Origin: a virus
Taxonomy: Duplodnaviria; Caudoviricetes
Length of the DNA stretch: 60,658 nt
Reading direction: 5' to 3' (one strand)
Virus record (IMG/VR): IMGVR_UViG_3300037467_001807
Coordinates: 1-60,658 of that record
Below are positions 37,319-44,781 of this stretch, piece after piece. A program made the translations under genes and the position numbers. Under the pieces are notes generated by a model that searched no databases, was not told the origin of the DNA, and saw only the letters and a program-made list of their open reading frames with translations. Position 1 is the stretch's first letter, and every line of letters begins with the position of its first letter.

Positions 37319-37950
37319 TACGGGGCCGGGCTCAGATAGGCGACCTCGACAACGGTTCCCCTGGCGCAGGGCCCTTCCATCATGAGGTGGGCCCGTTCGC
37401 CGCGCGGCGTCGCCAGGACCTTCCCGATGAAGCTGAACCAGGGTCCGGCCCTGACCTGGACCCGTTCCCCCTTCTTCGGCCGGTACGGTGTCCGGATATG
37501 ACGGGTGTAGTCGTAGTCGCCTCTCCGTTCGGCAACCTGGATCTCGAGGATCGCGATAACAGGGATCAACAGGGGCCGGTTGGCGCCGTCATCATCAGAG
37601 GTCCCGACGATGTCGTGGACACCCTCGGTGGCGCCAACGATGTGAAGGTCGTCTTCAGCGACAGTCACGAAGAGGTAGCCGGGGAAGAGCGGCCGGCTCA
37701 CCGGCTCCCGGTCCTGGAAGCGATCCAAGCGGGACCAGCGCGTCTCCATCGGCAGGAACACCGTGATCCCCTGCTCCTGGAGCGCAGCTGCCGCGGCCCG
37801 CTCCCGGCGTGTCGCCGTCCGCACCGCATACCAGCTCAGGATCCTGTTACCGCTCCGGTTCGGCTCCGGCTCACCGGGCCAGGGAAGGTCCGGACCGGGA
37901 TATCGGGCCAGGATCGAGGCTTCGTCAAAATCGGCAGGTCGGCAGTTCAT
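37318..37950 (-). CDS. NusG/RfaH-family antiterminator
   Basis: WYAVRT, FLPM, RPLFPGYLFV (NGN); KGERVQVRAGPW..FIGKV (KOW). Confidence 0.9.
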   Translation of the reverse strand: MNCRPADFDEASILARYPGPDLPWPGEPEPNRSGNRILSWYAVRTATRRERAAAAALQEQGITVFLPMETRWSRLDRFQDREPVSRPLFPGYLFVTVAEDDLHIVGATEGVHDIVGTSDDDGANRPLLIPVIAILEIQVAERRGDYDYTRHIRTPYRPKKGERVQVRAGPWFSFIGKVLATPRGERAHLMMEGPCARGTVVEVAYLSPAP

Positions 37951-38061
37951 CGTGGCCCCCGTGACATCGGGACCACGTCGGAAATCAGTGTGCCAGCGAA
38001 GGGTCGCTGAACAGGCTTAACCGTTCAAGAACGCGCGTCGTCGCACCCCTTCAGGGGCCAG

Positions 38062-38289
38062 CCTTCACGGTCTTCACGAAAAACAGGGGGGTATATCTAT
38101 ATCCCTATGAATCACATACCTCTGTGAAGACCGTGAAGACCGTGAAGACTGTCTCAATATGTTGATATATATAGATATTCCTACACTCTAAGGGGTATCG
38201 GTCTTCACGGTCTTCACGCCCTTCGTTTCCGAAACGGCGCGGTCTTCACCGTGAAGACCGGTACTGATGTGAAGAGCGGTGTGAAGACC
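38062..38289. repeat. Putative replication origin: about 11 GTGAAGACC iterons in both orientations around AT-rich tracts
   Basis: Tandem and inverted GTGAAGACC/GGTCTTCAC copies, TATATCTATAT and GATATATATAGATAT tracts. Confidence 0.75.
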
Positions 38290-38540
38290 GACCCGGCCTC
38301 AAAGGGGCCGGCGGATCCCGGATGCGGTCCTGATCCAGTGGCCGAGCCTGACCTGCATCTCGTCGCGACGAAGCAGCGGGCAGTCTGGCCCAGCGGCCAG
38401 CACGATCCAGGCGATGTAGCCGGCCAGCAACCGCTCGACCCTGGCATAGTGCCGGCGCAGGATGGCCCGGACGATATCGGGCGTAGCGGAGCGATCCCAA
38501 GCCTCAGCCAAGCCGCCGTCGTACTCGGGCATGACCTGGG

Positions 38541-38777
38541 TCATCGAAGATCACGCGGGACGTGGATCGTGACGACAACCGGCTCTGCGTGGACAACAGG
38601 TGGGGGAACCAGCGCAGCGAGCCGCCGGGCCTGCTCCGGTGTCATGACGAAGGGAAGGCTGATCTCACCGACAAGGGGTGGCAGCTCGGACTGAACGATG
38701 CCGCCCGACGCCCATGCCATCCGGTCGGCCGGGAACTGCGACAGCAGCTTCCGGGCCGCGGCCTCGGCCACAGTCAT
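38541..38777 (-). CDS. Hypothetical protein
   Basis: MTVAEAAARK...; packed operon. Confidence 0.45.
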   Translation of the reverse strand: MTVAEAAARKLLSQFPADRMAWASGGIVQSELPPLVGEISLPFVMTPEQARRLAALVPPPVVHAEPVVVTIHVPRDLR

Positions 38778-38860
38778 CAGGAGCCCGTCGATCCGCAGGG
38801 CCCGTTGCCGCCGTCTGAGCTGGAGGACCTGACGACGATGAAGGGTCCGCAGCCTAGCCA

Positions 38861-39097
38861 TCAGCTCAGGACTTCGAGGACGACGCCGCGGCAGATCACG
38901 CGCCTGTCCTCTAGCCGGAACTCCAGAACGGAACCGCTGAACGCCGGTTCGAGGCCATGATCGGTGATGGCGACGTGCACCGGCCGCATTTCCCAAACCC
39001 ACCTGCAGTAGCCGTGTTCGCGAAGCATCGGCATCATAGCCGTCCGCTCCCGGTCCCAGACCTCGCGGATCTGCTCTTCGGTCGGGGACTGCGTCAT
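38861..39097 (-). CDS. Hypothetical protein
   Basis: ATGA overlap with the upstream gene. Confidence 0.55.
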   Translation of the reverse strand: MTQSPTEEQIREVWDRERTAMMPMLREHGYCRWVWEMRPVHVAITDHGLEPAFSGSVLEFRLEDRRVICRGVVLEVLS

Positions 39098-39375
39098 AGC
39101 GGCTTCCCGATCTGCACCTCGAGCGGATGCGAGAGGTCGCCCTCGCCGACGACAACGATAAGATCACGCTTCAGGGCAGCGGACGCCAAGGCGTTGAACG
39201 CTCTCTGGGCCCGGCGAATTTCGCGCACCAGGTCCTCTTCCTTCTCCGGTATCGGCGGGTCGGCGGCCAGCACCCAAGCCTCGCCGGTCCAGATCCGGAC
39301 ACCATGTTCGGCGACCCAGATGTCGTCGATCTCGGGTTCCGCCGGCTGCTGCGACTGCTTCCAATAGGTGTTCAT
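39094..39375 (-). CDS. Hypothetical protein
   Basis: MNTYWKQ...; coupled to the next gene. Confidence 0.55.
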   Translation of the reverse strand: MNTYWKQSQQPAEPEIDDIWVAEHGVRIWTGEAWVLAADPPIPEKEEDLVREIRRAQRAFNALASAALKRDLIVVVGEGDLSHPLEVQIGKPL

Positions 39376-39429
39376 GCCTCGCACCTTACACTGTGGTCCG
39401 CCCGGATCGGCAATCGTCAGACAGCGCCA

Positions 39430-39600
39430 TCACCGGGGGTCCTTCACGATCTGCGTTGCATGCTCGAACCAGTCCTTCTTCGGCTGGCGAACCCAGGAGA
39501 GCCCGCAGGCGCAGGAGACCAAGACCGAGCCGTCAGAGGCGGTCGTGGCGGTCTTCCGCTTGGCGGGAACGCGCCGGCAATGGCGGCATTTAACGCGCAT
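39430..39600 (-). CDS. Small Cys-rich (zinc ribbon-like) protein
   Basis: CRHC...CACG; overlaps the upstream stop; SD-like GAGGGGAAGG. Confidence 0.45.
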   Translation of the reverse strand: MRVKCRHCRRVPAKRKTATTASDGSVLVSCACGLSWVRQPKKDWFEHATQIVKDPR

Positions 39601-39913
39601 CGGCCTTCCCCTCCTGTGAGAGGCCCGCGAGGGCGAGCCAAACGAACTTCGGCGTCAGGCTTGGATCAGCCTCATACTTCAGCCATGACGTGCGGCCGAT
39701 CCCGATAGCCTTGGCGGCGTCGGCCGAGGTCAGACCACGCGCCAGCCGCCACGCCTTCAGGTCGAGCACGGGTCGCGGCCCAGAGGCCCGGCGGCGCTGT
39801 AACTCGGCGAGCGAGGCGCGGGCTTCCAGCAGGAAGCGGTAGGCGGTCTCAACGTCGCGGCCCACAGAAAGCATGAGCGTGTCGCTATCGACCATGGATG
39901 GATCGTCGCTCAC
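39590..39913 (-). CDS. XRE-family HTH protein
   Basis: LKAWRLARGLTSADAAKAIGIGRTSWLKYE. Confidence 0.75.
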   Translation of the reverse strand: MSDDPSMVDSDTLMLSVGRDVETAYRFLLEARASLAELQRRRASGPRPVLDLKAWRLARGLTSADAAKAIGIGRTSWLKYEADPSLTPKFVWLALAGLSQEGKADAR

Positions 39914-40500
39914 CGCTTCCCCTCCTGCGGGTGGAAGGAGGCTGTACGGGAATCGATGAGGCCGGTCGCGCAAGCCCTCCAGAGGACGACATCGACTGTC
40001 CTGATCGCCAGCCCTGAAGCCACGGAGAGACGCTGGCACAGCGCCATGACTGTCTCGCCGTAGTGGTCGGCGAGACGCTGGAGATGGACGTCCGGCTTGG
40101 GGACGTCGACGCCGAAGTTCTTGGCGAGGTGGTACTTCGTGATCCCGCCGATGTGCGGCAGATCGTCGAGGTAGATGAGCTTCTGCTCTTCGGTCACGCA
40201 GCCGAGATAGCCGAGGTAGAGGTCGAGCTGGTTCGCCCAGATCGTGTCGATCGCCCTGGCCTTCAGCTTGTGACCGAACGCCGTCGAGGCGCTGCGCCCA
40301 TCCGCTAGAGCGGCCATGACGCGGTCGTAGATCAGCCGGGCAACAGTGTTCTTCATGCCGGAGTTGCAGATCACGAAGATCGCTTCCTCGGCGAAGTCTC
40401 CGGCGCTCTCCGGGGCGCCACAGCTCTCCGACCACTCGATGTCGTCCTCGCCCTGCTGACCCAGCGCACGCACGACAGCTGCGAAGGTCTCCGGTGTCAT
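39910..40500 (-). CDS. HhH-GPD superfamily DNA glycosylase-like protein
   Basis: LDDLPHIGGITKYHLAKNFG..KPDVHLQR and VDVVLW. Confidence 0.65.
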   Translation of the reverse strand: MTPETFAAVVRALGQQGEDDIEWSESCGAPESAGDFAEEAIFVICNSGMKNTVARLIYDRVMAALADGRSASTAFGHKLKARAIDTIWANQLDLYLGYLGCVTEEQKLIYLDDLPHIGGITKYHLAKNFGVDVPKPDVHLQRLADHYGETVMALCQRLSVASGLAIRTVDVVLWRACATGLIDSRTASFHPQEGKR

Positions 40501-40754
40501 GCTTCCCTCCTCAGGCAGCAGCCGCGCACCTGGTCGGCCTCGTCGTTGTCCCCATAGTCGCAGTCGCCGCAGACCGCGCACTCGTGCACGGGAACCGAGC
40601 AGCTGCAGAAGCCATCCTCCTGACAGCCAGCATTGCGACCGCCTATGGAATGCCAGTCGTGCCCCGCGACATCGCAGGCCTCGGCTGCGATCCGGCGGCG
40701 CAGGTGCTCTGCCGTCGCCTCGGCCTCGGATAGCTGCTCGCGGAGCGTGGTCAT
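40497..40754 (-). CDS. Cys-rich hypothetical protein
   Basis: GHDW...CSCSVPVHECAVCGDCDYG. Confidence 0.65.
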   Translation of the reverse strand: MTTLREQLSEAEATAEHLRRRIAAEACDVAGHDWHSIGGRNAGCQEDGFCSCSVPVHECAVCGDCDYGDNDEADQVRGCCLRREA

Positions 40755-40763
40755 CTCGGCCTC

Positions 40764-43061
40764 TTATGCTGCGCTGTACCAGGTCGTTTCCGTCCCGCCG
40801 CTCTCCGGCCGGACTTTCTCGATGCGGATCTGGCCGGCGTCGGCCAGCGAGCTGATCAGCTCCTTCAGGTCCTTGGCCTTGACCCGGTGCTGCATCACCC
40901 GGACCAGATCGCCATGCTTGATCCGGCCCTGGTCCTTCAGGGCGCGGAGCACCCGCTGGGCCTCGGCCTGATTCTGGGTGTCCGCCATGTAGTCGGAGGT
41001 TTCCGCCATCATCCGTTCCGCCGACCAGAGCGCGACGTCCCGGCCCCACTCCATGTCTTCGGCGGTGACGACAGGCGAACGGTAGTCGATGCCGATCGCA
41101 CGGATCGTGGCCAGACGCTGCGCCATCTCGACGGTCCTGGCGAGAAAGGCGAGGTCGCGCTCCCGGTCCTCGATGTAGCGACCGAAGTCGCGGTAGACGT
41201 CACGGGCGCCATCGCCCCAGTCGGCCGTGGTCAGCGGCTCATCGGCGATGCCGTTGTGGCTGGACGCCATCGCCAGGGCAGAGCCTGATCCGTACAGGGC
41301 CTGGAGGCCGGACTTGATCTCCAGGGGGACGTTGAAGGCATCCGCCTTCGGTTCCCGCTCCCGCGGCCTCTGCTGCGTCGAGATCAGCAGGAACCGGTTC
41401 AAGAAGCCGTTGTGGACGTCGCCACCCTCCAGCGAGGCGTAGAACTCCTCCGGCGTCGAGACACCATAGATGCTCAGCGCCGGGGCGTGGATCGGCTCCC
41501 CAGGCGACGACGCCCATTCCGGCGGGGTCATGGTCTGGAAGCTGGAGCCCCAGGCGGTTCGGAGGACCCCAGTGATCGCCTTCTCGTGCGGGCTGGCCCT
41601 GCGGTTGTTGATCCTGGCCAGGAAGGAGCCGAACTCGTCCATGGGACAGAGCGTCAGCGGATGCCGGGTCAGGCGCTTCACCACAGCCGACAGCGACATG
41701 AACTGGCTGGGTCCGAGGTGTGCCGTCATCCCAGCCGCCGCCAGCAGCCTCGCGATCTGCTGCAGCGCATGATCCTTGCCCGCCGAGGTCCTGGCCAAGC
41801 CGAGGACGTAGAGGTGGGTCCCGGTCCGGGTCGGTCCGGCATACTTCCGCCCGGCGGCTGTTCCGATGACGCTCAGCGCGGCGCCAAGGGCAAGACCGCG
41901 CTGCGGTCGTCTCGAGCTGTCCGCGATCCAGTCCGTGATCAGCCCGAGGAGCCCGGGCACGCGGGTCAGGACATCGTCGAGCTCGCCGGTCACTGGCGAG
42001 TGACTGGGTAGTGACAGTTCTGCCGGTTCCGGCTCGACGGTCGGCTGCGACCGCGCTTCCGGCACGAAGACAGGCGCTGCATCGACGAGCCCGAGCTGCT
42101 CCCGGAGCCACTGTGTCGCCTCGGCCTGCGGGACGCCGCGGGCTGCCATGACCAAGTCGATCGCGCTGTAGGTGTCGCCGGTACCGAAGTCCTTGATCCC
42201 GTTCGCCTGGATCGAGAGGTTCCGCTTCCGCTTCTGCAACGGCCGGCCCGACGAGCTGGGCCGCCAGACCGCAACTGCTTCGAATCCGCCTCTGGCTGGC
42301 CTGCAGTTGTAGAGGTCCAGCTGGGGAACCCAGTCCTGGAGACGGTTCAGCGCCTCGGCCTTAACCTCGGACCAGAAGTCGTCGTCGTCACTGATCTCGC
42401 GCGCCGGTCGGACCGGTTCCGAGGCGCGGTGTGCCGGACGATGATCCGGATCCCAGCCCAGCGCCTGCAGGGTATCCTCGAGCTTTTCGAGGTGGTCGGC
42501 TGTGAAGACCGGCAGTTCCGCGGCTGGAACGGGCCCGCGCAGCCAGCGGTAGGCCGCGCCTGTTTCGGGATGCACGCTCGGCGGAACGACGGTCTGTCTC
42601 GTCTCCGATCCGGTCAGGAGATCGACAAGGCGCCTCCCCTTCCCGGCCGGTTTCGTATGGTCGTCGTACGGCCTGGACTTGATCTCGGCCGGGGCCAGAT
42701 AGAACCTGGTCTCGCCCTTTCGCCCCTTCTTCACCATGGGCGACGGGGGGATCTGGCGCTGCAGCTCCTCCAGCTGGTCAGGATCCTCGGCATCGAGATC
42801 TAACGCGATGACCCTGTATTCGCCGACCTTGGTTCCCAAGACGACGGAGACGTTGGCGTCGGGGAAGTTCCGGGTCCAGAGCTGGAGCTGGAACTTGGTC
42901 GGAACCGCGTCCCTGAAGCGCTGCCACTGCGACATCGCGAACCAGCGGCCGGACCTGAACTCGCCCGGCATCTTGTCGCGCGGCATCGCCGGGATGGCGT
43001 GGTAGCCCATCCCGATCAGCTCAGGCGCACCCCTGGCGTATGGTGACTGTAACTCCCCCAC
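40764..43061 (-). CDS. Primase-polymerase fused to helicase-like (DUF3987-type) domain
   Basis: IALDLD, QTVVPPSVHPETG..YRW (Prim-Pol); ARTSAGKD, MDEFG, GFLNRFL; GTG start at 43061 inferred. Confidence 0.85.
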   Translation of the reverse strand: MGELQSPYARGAPELIGMGYHAIPAMPRDKMPGEFRSGRWFAMSQWQRFRDAVPTKFQLQLWTRNFPDANVSVVLGTKVGEYRVIALDLDAEDPDQLEELQRQIPPSPMVKKGRKGETRFYLAPAEIKSRPYDDHTKPAGKGRRLVDLLTGSETRQTVVPPSVHPETGAAYRWLRGPVPAAELPVFTADHLEKLEDTLQALGWDPDHRPAHRASEPVRPAREISDDDDFWSEVKAEALNRLQDWVPQLDLYNCRPARGGFEAVAVWRPSSSGRPLQKRKRNLSIQANGIKDFGTGDTYSAIDLVMAARGVPQAEATQWLREQLGLVDAAPVFVPEARSQPTVEPEPAELSLPSHSPVTGELDDVLTRVPGLLGLITDWIADSSRRPQRGLALGAALSVIGTAAGRKYAGPTRTGTHLYVLGLARTSAGKDHALQQIARLLAAAGMTAHLGPSQFMSLSAVVKRLTRHPLTLCPMDEFGSFLARINNRRASPHEKAITGVLRTAWGSSFQTMTPPEWASSPGEPIHAPALSIYGVSTPEEFYASLEGGDVHNGFLNRFLLISTQQRPREREPKADAFNVPLEIKSGLQALYGSGSALAMASSHNGIADEPLTTADWGDGARDVYRDFGRYIEDRERDLAFLARTVEMAQRLATIRAIGIDYRSPVVTAEDMEWGRDVALWSAERMMAETSDYMADTQNQAEAQRVLRALKDQGRIKHGDLVRVMQHRVKAKDLKELISSLADAGQIRIEKVRPESGGTETTWYSAA

Positions 43062-43069
43062 GGCCGGAC

Positions 43070-43288
43070 CTAGAACGGCGCTGTGCTGTTCTGAGGCGGT
43101 TTCGCCGCGTAGATGAAGCTGTAGCCGACGACCTTGAACAGGAAGTCCTGCCACTCCTGCGCGCTGAGCGTCGCCAGATCGGTCTTCCCGATCTCGTCGA
43201 GGTACTGACCGGCGACGTCGCCGGCCTTCAGGACAGCAGCGGTGTCGATGACGAAGACCGGATCAGGGTTCTTGTCGTTCTTGGCCAT
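43070..43288 (-). CDS. DUF6511-like protein
   Basis: AGQYLDEIGKTDLATLSAQEW..F; ends APF; adjacent to primase. Confidence 0.6.
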   Translation of the reverse strand: MAKNDKNPDPVFVIDTAAVLKAGDVAGQYLDEIGKTDLATLSAQEWQDFLFKVVGYSFIYAAKPPQNSTAPF

Positions 43289-43364
43289 GGCGGTCTCCGG
43301 ACAGGCAGGACAGGGGCAGTAGGCGCCGGCCGGGTGGCAGCCCGAGCGGTGCTGGAGGCGGCGG

Positions 43365-43784
43365 TCATCCCAGCGCCTCCCTGAGATCGGTAGCGGTGAC
43401 GTCGAAGAGCGCGGCTACGGACCGGACGGTCCAGCCGGCATCAAGGAACCAGCGGCAGTACCTGAGCTTGCGCGGCGTCACCGGGTTGTAGGGTTCCCTG
43501 GCGCCGGCCGGCGGGTCGACGCGGTCCCAGACCTGAGACCAGGCGCCGGAGCTCGCCGACCGCGGCTCCTCAGGGTCCGTGACGGAGACGGCAAACTCGG
43601 TCCCGGCCTCCGGCGCCGGGAAGTCGATGATGACCGCCCCGGGGGCCGGAGCGGCACGAGCGGCAATGAGCCTGTCGATCCGGCGTTGCAGACCAGGGGC
43701 GCCGACGCCCAGGATCGAGGCGATCGACTGGACCGACATCTTGGCGTCGACCATGGCGAGGAGATTGCGGTCGGCCTCGGTCAC
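43365..43784 (-). CDS. Protein with two HTH-like segments
   Basis: SVQSIASILGV and WTVRSVAALFDV. Confidence 0.55.
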   Translation of the reverse strand: MTEADRNLLAMVDAKMSVQSIASILGVGAPGLQRRIDRLIAARAAPAPGAVIIDFPAPEAGTEFAVSVTDPEEPRSASSGAWSQVWDRVDPPAGAREPYNPVTPRKLRYCRWFLDAGWTVRSVAALFDVTATDLREALG

Positions 43785-43990
43785 GCCTGCGCCCTCCCCG
43801 CGTTGATCAGGCGTCTGCAGGCCGGACAGCCGACGAAGGTCGTCTGGTCCGTCATCAGGGCTGTTGTGGGCTGGTCGGGCATGATGAAACCGAGCCTGGA
43901 GACCCGGCAGCGCGGCAGCTCCCGATCACCGCCCTGCCAGGACGGCAGGTAGTGGATGGACCTGAGGTGGAGGCGGGGTCCGGTGTTCAT
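43781..43990 (-). CDS. Hypothetical protein
   Basis: ATGA/GTGA coupling on both sides; H..C...CPAC. Confidence 0.5.
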   Translation of the reverse strand: MNTGPRLHLRSIHYLPSWQGGDRELPRCRVSRLGFIMPDQPTTALMTDQTTFVGCPACRRLINAGRAQA

Positions 43991-44781
43991 GCCGCCGCTC
44001 CGTTCAAGAGCTGGCCGCCTCTGAGCTGGCCGCCCCAGCGAGCGATGTCGGCTTCGATCTGCCGCCAGTTCTCCGGATGCTGGGTCAGCAGATCAGGTGT
44101 TCGGCCGTTCCGGATGTAGCCGCCATCGGGACCGGGACTGAGGAAGCCGCTCCAGTGGTCGGTCCACCGCGTCGGACTGAGACCGAGAACCTTCATGTCG
44201 GCCCTGGTCACAGACCCGGTCCGCTCCAGGATGATCAGGAGCTTGATCGCCTTGATCTTCCATTCCGAGAGCTGCACCGGGGCGGCCTTGCCGCCGAGGA
44301 CATCAGGCACGTAGTCCGGGAGCTTGCAGCGCTGCGCCGGGCACCAGTTCGGCCAGTCCCGTGCGTTCCACTGATCCGGCAGGTCCGGCGAGAAGTCGAA
44401 GGCTGATCCAACAGGAGCGCTGTGGTAGGCGCGTGGCCTGCCCCGGACGGCGATGACGACGATCCCGAGGTGGCGCGCCAGCTCTGAGACGTAGAGCTGC
44501 AGGCCATCTTCTGGCACCAGCACGGCCCTGAAATCGGGTCCGGCCTCGTCAGCCCAACGTCCAGGAAGGGCCTGGCTCAGCACCTTCGGGTTCAGGGTCA
44601 GCTTGGCTTCGATCCCGATCTGTTGACCGTCAGGATGCGCCAGCAGCAGGTCCCAGCCTGCGGTCTCGTGGTAGGCGACCCACTTCGGAGCCCGGTCCGG
44701 GAATCGGAACCGCTCCGGCGCGATGCAGCTGCAGAACGCAGCGACGAGGTCAGCCTCGGTGCTGAAGAGCCGTTCCTTCAT
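43987..44781 (-). CDS. PD-(D/E)xK-like nuclease-fold protein
   Basis: E...YHE..WDLL...GIEAK motif. Confidence 0.5.
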   Translation of the reverse strand: MKERLFSTEADLVAAFCSCIAPERFRFPDRAPKWVAYHETAGWDLLLAHPDGQQIGIEAKLTLNPKVLSQALPGRWADEAGPDFRAVLVPEDGLQLYVSELARHLGIVVIAVRGRPRAYHSAPVGSAFDFSPDLPDQWNARDWPNWCPAQRCKLPDYVPDVLGGKAAPVQLSEWKIKAIKLLIILERTGSVTRADMKVLGLSPTRWTDHWSGFLSPGPDGGYIRNGRTPDLLTQHPENWRQIEADIARWGGQLRGGQLLNGAAA

